From positions 1 to 16,937 of the forward strand of contig NW_021824940.1 in the NCBI RefSeq assembly GCF_006345805.1: a stretch of DNA of 16,937 nt, in the 5' to 3' direction. Made by a program: the position numbers and the translations under genes. Position 1 is the stretch's first letter. Every line of letters starts with the position of its first letter. The DNA comes from Octopus sinensis (Eukaryota). The notes under the pieces are model-generated. The model searched no databases. It was given only the letters and a program-made list of their open reading frames with translations, and had not been told where the DNA came from. Positions 1-9,336 of this stretch are shown here, one piece after another.

Positions 1-246
1 GGGATGGTCAGAATTGGAACGTTTTTGATCATAGGTCTATTTACTGTAACAGGACTGACCTAGGGCTAAACCTCAACTAACGCCACCAATACTAACTCCT
101 GTACTATACATTAGATAGTGTAGTCCTAGATACACTAACGTCTCTCCAACCCATAAAATGATTTATGTGTTTTGCAAATAAAGATGTTTTAGTTTTTCAT
201 CAAAAAGTGAAGATTATTATTATGTGGGGGGAAAAGTGGAGGGGGT

Positions 247-389
247 TACAGCATAGTGGGGGGTGGGGGGTGGTGGCGGTGGTGGCGGTGTGGTGACAAT
301 GATATATTATTATTGGTGATGATGGTGATGGTGTGTGTGTGTGTGTGGTGGTGATGTGGTGGGTGGTGATGATGGTGATGATGAGGATA

Positions 390-421
<32 letters not shown>

Positions 422-495
422 GATAATAGTGATGATGATGATGATGATGATGATGATGGCTGTGATGATGATGATGGTGTGGTGATGGTGATGAC
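247..495. repeat. Compound (GGT)n/(GAT)n/(GT)n microsatellite
   Basis: Visible trinucleotide runs; they explain the poly-His/Ile/Asp ORFs at 200-517. Confidence 0.95.
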
Positions 496-811
496 ACACT
501 GTTCTCAATTATTTTAAACCTAACAACAGTTTTTATGTGAAACTTATTAAAGCACCACCAGAGCTTGCTGCTTTCTCACCCTTCTCCAACCATGACCTCT
601 CCTGCTGACATCCGACCCCGCAAACTGTACATCAAACACCTCAATATCTCCAGGTTGGGAGCGGTGGTGGTGGTGTGAGGTGATGGCTGGCTCTTTGGGC
701 TCTGTCCCCTCTGCCTTCATGCCCCCACCCCCATTGTCTTAGAAATCACACACACACACACATTTATACTGGTCTATGGAGATTGCGCGTGTGTATATAG
801 GGTTTGTTGTT

Positions 812-1245
812 ATATGTATGTGTGTATATATTATATAGTATGTGGGTGTGTGTGTGTATGTATGTGAATGTGTGTATGTGGGTGTGTGTGGTGTCTGTAT
901 GTGTGTGTGTGTGTATGTGAATGTGTGTGTGGTGTGTTGTGTATGTGTGTGGGTGTATGTGATGGATTTGTGTGTGTGTATGTTGGTGTGTGCGTTAGTG
1001 TAAATATGTATATGTTTATATGTTGGTGTGTGTATATGTGTGTGTGAGTGTATATATATAAATGTTTATATGCTGGTGTGTATGTATATATGTGTGTGTG
1101 AGTGGATGTATATGTGTGTGTACACATATATACATATAGACACATGATACACATGCACACACTTACACATATACACGTGTGTAGATTTGTTTTGGGTGTA
1201 TAGGCATGTGTAGTATAGATATGTCTGTGTGTGTGGAGGTGTGTG
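812..1245. repeat. Degenerate (GT)n/(ATGT)n microsatellite
   Basis: Alternating GT/AT dinucleotides throughout. Confidence 0.95.
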
Positions 1246-1317
1246 TATGCATTATACGAGCAAATGTTTAAAGCGTTTGTTACCACAATGTTCTGGGTTC
1301 AATCCTAGAACCTCACA

Positions 1318-1560
1318 TCTTCAAATAATTTCCTGTCTTAGTTCGACCCAAACATTTCAAGATAGAAACTGTGTTGAAGCCTCTCGAATAGATTGTATTT
1401 GTAATCCAAATGGTACAGCTCTGAGACAGACACTGCTGCTATCCTGGTTCTGGCTGGAAACTATGTTAAGAGTACAGGTGTCTGTGGTATACTCAGCTTG
1501 TCAGATGTTAATTTAAGGAGTTTGGTGGTGGAGATGACCATTGTCCAACTGAGCATATAA
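1318..1560. mobile_element. Probable interspersed-repeat fragment, class unknown
   Basis: TTCAAATAATTTCCTGTCTTAGTTCGACCCAAACATTTC... resembles a repeat I recall from octopus genomic DNA. Recollection only, not verified. Confidence 0.3.
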
Positions 1561-1849
1561 TAATAATACTGAAATTATTGTATACAGTGCTCAGGTGCAC
1601 CACAACTTGTCAGAAAGTGCGTATAAAGTACATGCAGTAATGTAGAAATGTCTGGAAAGCGATGTTTGTCGTTCAGGCACCGTCCCTCTCCTCTATTGAC
1701 AATGATGATGATGATGATGATGATGATATATGTTCTCTGATGAGAATCCAATAAGGTTCGAACATCGATTAAGCTTGATCATCATTTTTTTTCAGTCTGC
1801 AGAGAAAAGGCTAAAATTTGCCCTGAATATAATTATAACCTATGTTAAA

Positions 1850-1945
1850 TACATATATATATGTATGTATGTGTGTGTGTGTGTGGTGTGTGGCTTGTGT
1901 GTGTGTGGTGTGTGTGTGGTGTGTGTGTATGTATGTATTGTATAG
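1850..1945. repeat. (AT)n/(GT)n microsatellite
   Basis: Visible dinucleotide runs. Confidence 0.9.
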
Positions 1946-2080
1946 GTGCAGGAGGGCTGTGTGGTAAGTAGCTTGCTAAACCAACACATGGTTCTGGGTT
2001 AGTCCCACTGCGTGGCACCTTGGGCAAGTGTTCTTCTGCTATAGCCCTGGCCGACCAATGCCTTGTGAGAGGATTTGGTA
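1946..2080 (+). mobile_element. SINE family A, 5' part (tRNA-like head plus start of body)
   Basis: GCAGGAGGGCTGTGTGGTAAGTAGCTTGC...GGTTAGTCCCACTGCGTGGCACCTTGGGCAAG aligns to the full copy at 6161-6549, with degenerate A and B boxes. Confidence 0.9.
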
Positions 2081-2081
2081 T

Positions 2082-2125
<44 letters not shown>

Positions 2126-2815
2126 ATGCACACTCACACACTTGCACATACACACATATATTCACCACACACTGTACACAACACATATATGCACACACAC
2201 ACAAACATAGAAACATTCATACTCGTACAGTTATATATTGATATACGTCATATATTAAGATGTGTATAGGTTCACACACACATATCTGCATATATATATC
2301 CGCACACATATACACACATATGTGCATAGATATATATATATATATATATATACATACACACACACACATGTATATATTTACACACATACACATGTTGATG
2401 TGTGTGTATATCTCTCCCTGTTTTAAAACTTCCAAATGATCTCAGTTTCTTTATTAAAGTACAATAAACACAGGACTAGATATACATTATATACTACAAT
2501 ATATATTCTATAGCATGTGATATATTATATATGTGTGTGTGTGTGTGTGTCTGTGTTTGTGTGGTGTGTGTGTGTCTTGTGTAATATATATATTTATAAA
2601 TATGTATATATTTATATATATGTTTGTGTATATATATATCTATCTTGTAATATATACATCTATATATATATATAATATATAATATATATATGTATGTATG
2701 TATATATATATGTATGTATGTATATATTTATGTATATATATATATATAAATATATATATATTATATATCCACACCCACCCACCCACACACACACATATAT
2801 ATACATATGTATAAG
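2081..2815. repeat. Cluster of (AT)n/(AC)n/(GT)n microsatellites with short unique spacers
   Basis: Visible dinucleotide runs. Confidence 0.9.
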
Positions 2816-3180
2816 TATATTTTTAGTGCAAGTAGATTCTTTCTTACTTTTCGATGAAATGACTGAAGGCAAAGTGTGCTGAGACTCTGTAAGTGATATC
2901 ATATATGTAAATGTATGATAATATATGCTAATGTATTTAAATATATGTAGTTCATCACAGGTACTGAGTGCTTCCCTGCCTGTTTAACACCCCACAGCAA
3001 TACACACTCACACACACACACACACATACACACACACAGAGGCTTATACATAGATCTATGTATGTATAAGTATGAAAGCGTGATGTATATATGGGGTTTT
3101 ATGAATAGCTTTCTCCCCCCCTCTTGTTCTTTCTCCCTTCCTCTCTCTCTTCTCTCCCCCTCCCCACTCTGTATATGTAT

Positions 3181-3970
3181 TCTTTTATTCTCTCACTTGC
3201 TTCAGTCGTTTGGCTGTGGCCATGCTGGAGCACTGCCTGTTTTAGTTGGACTAATCGACCCCAGGACTTGTTGTTTGTAAGCCTAGTTACTTATCCTATT
3301 GGTCTCTTTTGCTGAACTGCTAAGTTATGGGGATGTAAACAAACCAACACTGGTTGTCAAGTGATGTGTGTGTGGGAAGGGGGTAAACATAGACACACAA
3401 ACATATACTTATTTATATATGTATATATATGATGGGCTTCTTTCAGTTTCTTATTTCTTTATTGCCCACAAGGGGCCAAACAGAGGGGACCAACAAGGAC
3501 AGACAAACAGATTAAGTCAATTAGATTGGCCCCAGTGCGTAACTGGTACTTAATTTATCAATCCCAAAAAGATGAAAGGCAAAGTTGACCTTGGTGGAAT
3601 TTGAACTCACAACGTAATGGCAGACGACATACCTATTTCTTTACTACACACAACAGGCTAAACATAGAGGGGACAAACAAGGACAGACAAAGGGATTAAA
3701 TTGATTACATCGACCCCAGTGCGTAACTGGTACTTAATTTATCGACCCCGAAAGGATGAAAGACAGACCTCGGCAGAATTTGAACTCAGAACGTAACGGC
3801 AGATGAAATACCGCTAAGCATTTTGCCCAGCGTGCTAACGTTTCTGCCGTCACGTCACCTTTCAGTTTCTGTCTACTAAATCCACTTAAAAGGCATTGGT
3901 TGACCTGAGGTTATAGTAGAAAAACAGTTGCCCAAGGTGCCATGCAGTGGGACTGAACCCAGAACCACAC
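3181..3970 (-). mobile_element. SINE family A, interrupted by a family B insertion, head truncated
   Basis: Reverse complement of the family A tail and body at 3181-3451 resumes at 3859-3970 (…CCCAAGGTGCCATGCAGTGGGACTGAACCC). Confidence 0.88.
3452..3858 (-). mobile_element. SINE family B dimer (head-body-tail-body-tail) with 12-bp TSD
   Basis: Two body+tail units and one head; CTTTCAGTTTCT occurs at both 3440-3451 and 3859-3870. Confidence 0.9.
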
Positions 3971-4585
3971 ATTCCTCAAATTCAGGTGGGCGTTATAATA
4001 TGCATATTACCATGTGAAGTTGCTTTAGATGTGCCATGAGTGTGTCACAGACTGCATTCGAATGTGACAGCAGTGTCAATGCTGTGAGATCTTCACAGAT
4101 GTACATCGCGACTCCACCATGGCTTCTCTCTTTTCTGCCTGTGTGGCACACAGTGTACATGGCTGTGTATACCTCTGCATCATGTCTCCCAGGAATGCAA
4201 TTTTGCTCATGCTTTTGTTTTGCAAGAGGCTTCTGATGTTTGTCAGTAGAATTGGCATAATGGATGACTTGGCAGCAGTGGTGGCCATCCTGGGTCCATC
4301 ATTTGTGGTGGTCTTGTTTGTGGGTGTGCATGGCGTAATTTCGTTTGTAGCCATGGTAACTGCTGCGTTATCATTTGCACGATACTTAAAAAACTGTTAG
4401 TGCTCGGCTGCTGCAATTCGCACCACATCTGCGTACAGCTTTTTGGCATTCTTTTTCGTTGGTGTGCATAGGAGCGTGGACTTTCCTGGGTGTGGGTGCT
4501 TATCCAGGGTAGTGGTAACGGCTGTGCATTCTATCTTGCCTAAGCATTGCATGTATAAAGCAGCTGTGTGTCCCCTTTTCTCCAT
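3971..4585 (-). mobile_element. Decayed LINE 5' region: ORF2 APE endonuclease fragment plus upstream reading frame
   Basis: Minus-strand translation across frameshifts gives ILLTNIRSL...KIAFLGD and GRKERSHGGVAMYICEDL...SNAVCDTLMAHLKQLHMVICIL*RPP. These match the GGGVAxYI and YRPP motifs of CR1/L2/Jockey-group APE domains. Confidence 0.8.
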
Positions 4586-4594
4586 TCCATATAC

Positions 4595-4613
4595 AGATAT
4601 ACATATATATATC

Positions 4614-4645
<32 letters not shown>

Positions 4646-4730
4646 CTATACACTATTATAAATATATACATTCATACATACATATATATATTCATATTTA
4701 TATATGTGTATGTGTGTTGTGTGTGTGTAA
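4595..4730. repeat. (AT)n/(GT)n microsatellite
   Basis: Visible dinucleotide runs. Confidence 0.9.
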
Positions 4731-5232
4731 TGTAGTTTAATATTTTTTTTGTTGTCCATAATTTCAAACTATTTTGTTAAAAAGAAGAAACTTCTTACGG
4801 AACCAAAAAATAAATATATAAATTCAGAAATAAAATCAAATAAATATTTTTAAAAATCAGTGAAGTTTCCCAAAAACTATCCATGTATGGCATTTTTTTC
4901 TTTTTCTTTCATCGAGTTAAATTTGAAATTTTCCAACTCCAAAATAGCCGAAGATTTAATAAAACTAGATTCTTAATTCGAAAATATCTGAAATGGATTT
5001 GAAGAAGAAAAAACAAAAAATGAAACAATTTTTGAGCGAAGCGAGATTTTTTTTTTCTGATCCAGGGAAATTAGAATTTGTCTCCCAGAAAATTGGTAAA
5101 AAGATAATTATGTTGTTAAGATAATTAAATTGGTAAAAATGATATTAGAGAATGGAATAAAAATGGTTTGGAGCCTGGTGTTCAGGGACGGATGGATGGA
5201 TGAAGAAATGAATGAGGAACATGGGTGTATAT

Positions 5233-5315
5233 GCGTGTGGCTGTGTGGTAAGAAGCTTGCCTATCAACCACATGGTTCTGGGATCAGTCCTACTGAGTGG
5301 CACCTTGGGCAGGCT
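5233..5315 (+). mobile_element. SINE family A head fragment
   Basis: TGGCTGTGTGGTAAGAAGCTTGC...CACATGGTTCTGGGATCAGTCCTACTGAGTGGCACCTTGGGCA. Confidence 0.85.
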
Positions 5316-5340
5316 GTTCAAAAAGTGTCCCCGCACTGAA

Positions 5341-5915
5341 TTTTTTGAAGACACCATCAACACCGAGATAAGGATTGCTCAAACATCGTCTCTCCATTTG
5401 TAGGGGCCAACTCTGTAGGGGCCAACTCTCTGAAAGGGAAATTAATACTCTTTTACTCTTTACTTGTTTCAGTCATTTGACTGCAGCCATGCTGGAGCAC
5501 CACCTTTAGTCGAGCAAATCAACCCCGGGACTTATTCTTTTCTAAGCCCAGTACTTATTCTATCAGTCTCTTTTGCCAAACCGCTAAGTGACAGGGACAT
5601 AAACACACTAGCATCGGTTGTCAAGCAATGCTAGGGGAACAAACACAGACACACAAACACTTACACACATATATATATATATAAACATATATACGACAGG
5701 CTTCTTTCAGTTTCCGCCTACCAAATCCACTCGAAAGGCTTTGGTCGGCCCGGGGCTATAGCAGAAGACACTTGCATAAGGTGCCACACAGAGGGACTGA
5801 ACCCGGAACCATGTGGTTGGTAAACAAGCTACTTACCACACAGCCACTCCTGTGCCTATAATGCATACTTTCAGCAAGATGGAGCAACAGCTCATACTTC
5901 ATGAGTCAGCGTGAC
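5341..5915 (+). mobile_element. IS630/Tc1/mariner-superfamily transposase remnant (maT/rosa-like), split by a SINE
   Basis: FFEDTINTE at ~5341-5367. Removing SINE 5447-5858 joins QLSEREIN to AYFQQDGATAHTS, the second catalytic Asp motif QQDGAxxH. Confidence 0.65.
5447..5858 (-). mobile_element. SINE family A, full length
   Basis: Complete head-to-tail reverse complement of 6161-6549; possible 4-bp TSD TAAT at 5443-5446 and 5859-5862. Confidence 0.92.
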
Positions 5916-5945
5916 TCGAGAAGGTAATTTTATTTTTTTCACCTG

Positions 5946-6109
5946 AGTCCAGCCCTTGTTCCTTGTGATTTTTAGCTGTTCCCCAAGCTGAAGGAGTCTG
6001 TGACAAGGGTCTTGGGCCCTTTCACTTTGGAGGGCTTCTATGGGGCCTTCATAAAGTGGCTGGAATACTACAACAAATGCATCGAAGTCAGGGATCCTAC
6101 TTTGAAGAG
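5946..6109 (+). mobile_element. Mariner (DD34D-type) transposase C-terminal remnant
   Basis: SPALVPCDF*LFPKLKE-(deletion)-SVTRVLGPFTLEGFYGAFIKWLEYYNKCIEVR then YFEE after a frameshift. Matches the mariner YSPDLAPxD motif and the KCI...G.YFE ending. Confidence 0.82.
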
Positions 6110-6160
6110 TTTGGGACTTGTTTGGAATTAATAACTGTCTCTCCTGAAAAAAATTCAATA

Positions 6161-6549
6161 GGGGCAGGAGTGGCTGTGTGGTAAGTAGCTTGCTAACCAA
6201 CCACATGGTTCCCGTTTCAGTCCCACTGCGTGGCATCTTGGGCAAGTGTCTTCTGCTATATCCCCGGGCTGACCAATGCCTTGTGAGTGGATTTGGTAGA
6301 CGGAAACTGAAAGAAGCCTGTCGTATATATATATATATGTGTGTGTGTGTTTGTGTGTCTGTGTTTGTCCCCCTAGCATTGCTTGACAACCGATGCTGGT
6401 GTGTTTACGTCCCCGGTTCGGCAAAAAGAGACCAATAGAATAAGTACTGGGCTTAGAAAAGAATAAGTCCCGGGGTCGATTTGCTCGACTAAAGGCGGTG
6501 CTCCAGCATGGCCGCAGTCAATATGACTGAAACAAGTAAAAAAAAAAAA
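6161..6549 (+). mobile_element. SINE family A, full length
   Basis: A-box-like TGGCTGTGTGG and B-box-like GTTTCAGTCCC, body CCTTGGGCAAGTG, internal (AT)/(GT) tract, tail GCTCCAGCATGGCCGCAGTC...A-run. Confidence 0.92.
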
Positions 6550-6554
6550 TTGCA

Positions 6555-7312
6555 ATGTATGACGGAACCTGTGGTAGAGGTAGACCGAGGAAGACTTGGG
6601 ATGAGGTGGTGAAGCATGATCTTCGAACTTTGAGCCTCACAGAGGCAATGACTAGGGACCGAGACCTCTGGCATATGCTCTGCTTGAGAAGAAGACGTGT
6701 CAAGCCAAATGCATTCATTGTTGTGGTTGGTGTTCTGCAACTGGCACCTGTGCTGGTGGTGCATTCTGAGTGTTGGGCCTCATGGAGTTCTTTTCAAGGG
6801 TTGGACCTCAAGAAAGTGAGTTCCTTTTAAGCATTGGGCCTCACAGAGATGATTTCCTTTTGACATTGGGCCTCACAGAGGCAAAATGGTTGAGTTCCTT
6901 TTGAGCGTTGGACCTCGCAGAGGTGAGTTTCTTTCACATGTTGGGCCTCATGGAGGCAAAGTGGTTGAGTTCATTTTGAGTTTTGGGCCTCTCAGGGCCA
7001 ATGAGCAAAACCTTTGGCATTATGTTGTGCTCGAGAAGAAGACCCATCAAGCAGAGCAAAATCGCAGTCATGGCTGTTACTGGTGTCACGCAAATGGCAC
7101 CCATGCTGGTGGCACATAAAGACACCCATTACACTCTGCTGAGTGGTTGGTTTTAGGAAGGGTGTCCAGCTGTAGAGAAACCATGTCAAATCAGACTGGA
7201 ACCTCAGCTTACCAGCCCTGGTCAAACCATTCAACTCTGCCAGCATGGACAACGGACGTTAACTGATGATGGTGATGGTGATGGTGGTGGTGGTGGTGGT
7301 GGTGGTGGTGGT
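6555..7312 (+). mobile_element. RTE-clade LINE 3' end (ORF2 C-terminus, 3' UTR, (GAT/GGT)n tail)
   Basis: GRGRPRKTWDEVVKHDLRTLSLTEAMTRDRDLW is a typical RTE ORF2 end. It is followed by GGTTGGTTTTAGGAAGGGTGTCCAGCTGTAG...GCATGGACAACGGACGTT and a microsatellite tail. Confidence 0.85.
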
Positions 7313-7319
7313 GATTAAC

Positions 7320-8150
7320 ACATCTCATCTACACACCCCACAAGTACCCTCCAACCTCCACATTCAATACCCATTCCTCACTGTCAGATTAGTCAATGAC
7401 ACCACAGTTCTACACATTATGCACCCCACCCATGTCCCTCCAGCCTTCGATATTCAACCTCCATGTCTCACTGCTGTGTATATTATCAATATACCCCCAC
7501 ATATTATACACACCCCATGTGCCTCCAGCCTCCACCAGCCTTCTATATTCAACACCTATGTCTTACTGCCATGTATATTAACACATCTCATGCTTTATAC
7601 ACCCCCCCCCCATGTTCCTCCATCTTCCACACACCTTCAATATTCTACGGATGCATATTTATTAACACATCCCACACACTGTACACCCCTTGTGTCCCTC
7701 CACATTCAACAGCTGTGTGTTACTGTCATGTCGGCTAACAACCCTCCCTACTGTCCCATCGCTATACATCATTATACACTCGTCACGTCCTGCCAGCCTC
7801 CCTCCACATTCGACACCCATGTCTCGCCATCATCTCAGATAGCATCATCACACTTATTGTGCACATTATACACACCTCGTCTCGTCTCGTCCCTCCAGCC
7901 TCCGCAGGCCTTACGCCCCCACCCCCCTTCTCCACCCCACCCCCTCCACCGACGCTCCCTCCATACACACTCTTCCTCCGCTCTACCACCACCACCACCA
8001 CCATACACACACACACACACACACACACATGCACATTATACACACCTCGTCTCGTCTCGTCCCTCCAGCCTCCGCAGGCCCTCTGCCCTCACCCCACACC
8101 TCCACCGACGCTCCCCCATGCACACCCTTCCTCCGCTCCACCACCCCACT
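7320..8150. repeat. Degenerate ~85-90-bp C/A-rich minisatellite
   Basis: Recurring CACATTATACACACC..(A)TGTCCCTCCAGCCTCC..ATTCAACACC.ATGTCT motif at ~7411, 7498, 7588, 7668, 7763, 7860 and 8030. 7860-7910 is identical to 8030-8080. Confidence 0.7.
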
Positions 8151-8292
8151 CCCCCGCTCGATTTAATTATCTCTCCCACACTCAACCAATCAATCACACA
8201 GAAACTGTTCAATAAACAAAACCTCTGCAATTCAATATTGATCTGAATATTTAATATTTTCTGTTTAACTTCAGTTCCATACGCAGTTCAGT

Positions 8293-8846
8293 CTGTGTGT
8301 GTATATGTGTGTGTATATGTGTGTGTATATGTGTGTGTATATACGTGTGTGCATGTGTGTTTATATGTGTGTATGTGTGTATATGTGTGTGTGTGTATAT
8401 ACGTGTGTGCATGTGTGTGTGTGTATGTGCATGTGTGTGTATATGTGTGTGCATGTATGTGTGTATGTGCATGTGTGTATATGTGTGTGTGTGTATATGT
8501 TTGTGTGTGCATATGTGTGTGTATGTGTATGTATGTGTGTATATGTGCATGTGTGTGTGTATATGTGTGTGTGTATGTGTGTGTATATATGTTTGTGAGT
8601 GTATATGTATATATATATATATAGGTGTGTGTGTATCTATATGTCTGCGTGTATATATATGTGTGTATGTCTGTGTATGCCTGTGTGTGTATATGTGCAT
8701 GTATGTATATATATGCATGTGTATGTGTATGTGCCTCTATGTGTATATATGTGTGTATGTATATGTGTATATATCTGTGTGTGTGTATATATGTGTGTGT
8801 GAGGGGTAAAGCCTGTATATAGTATTGTGTCTTTGAATGCGCATGC

Positions 8847-8878
<32 letters not shown>

Positions 8879-8880
8879 AT
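8293..8880. repeat. Compound (GTGTGTATAT)n/(GT)n microsatellite
   Basis: Visible; explains the CV/YT-rich ORFs. Confidence 0.95.
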
Positions 8881-8989
8881 AGGGATGGTGCTGGCATGTG
8901 GTGTCCTTGAATGTCTGCTGTGTTGTGTGTGTTCTGCATCTCTCCGTGGAGTGTATATATCTCTGACGTATATAAATTTGGTAGTTGTG

Positions 8990-9308
8990 ATGAAAGTGAT
9001 GGAGCGAGCCCATAGCCTAGAAGAGATGCGGTTTGGGTTTGTGCCAGGGAGTAGCACCTCTGATGCTATGTTTCTGGTAAGGCAGCTGCGGGAGCAATAA
9101 GCGACCCCTGTACTTGGCTTTTCTTGACCATGAGAAAGCCTTTGATAGGGTCCCCCAATCCCTTATCTGGTCGTCATCATGGAAACTAGGGAGAGAGGAG
9201 TGGTTTGTGAGAGCTGTACAAGCCATGTGCAGGGATGCTGTCAGTAAGGTGAGGGTTGACAATGAGTACAGTGAAGAATTCAGGGTCCGAGTAGGAATTG
9301 ACCAAGGG
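8990..9308 (+). mobile_element. RTE-clade LINE reverse transcriptase fragment (decayed)
   Basis: MKVMER..SLEEMRFGFVPGSSTSDAMFLVRQLREQ*..LYLAFLDHEKAFDRVP..LIW..KLG.EEWFVRAVQAM..DAVSKVRV.NEYSEEFRVRVGIDQG matches RT motifs (QFGF, DLEKAFD, GVHQG) with deletions and a stop. Confidence 0.92.
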
Positions 9309-9336
9309 TGCAAAAGTGTTAGGTTGAGGGAAATCT

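Noticed and set aside
200-517. His/Asp/Ile-rich ORFs
   Set aside because: Translations of (GAT)/(GGT) microsatellites.
1229-1516. Possible coding exon (plus strand ag|..RPKHFKIETVLKPLE*; minus strand RTRIAAVSVSELYHLDYKYNLFERLQHSFYLEMFGSN*)
   Set aside because: No recognisable protein or partner exons, and the DNA resembles a repeat I recall from octopus. BLAST copy number would settle it.
6161-6240. tRNA genes at SINE heads (also 15271-15345)
   Set aside because: A/B boxes are present but I cannot fold a full cloverleaf, and each head continues into a SINE body.
8251-9057. Long HT/YT/CV-rich ORFs up to 241 aa
   Set aside because: Dinucleotide-repeat artefacts.
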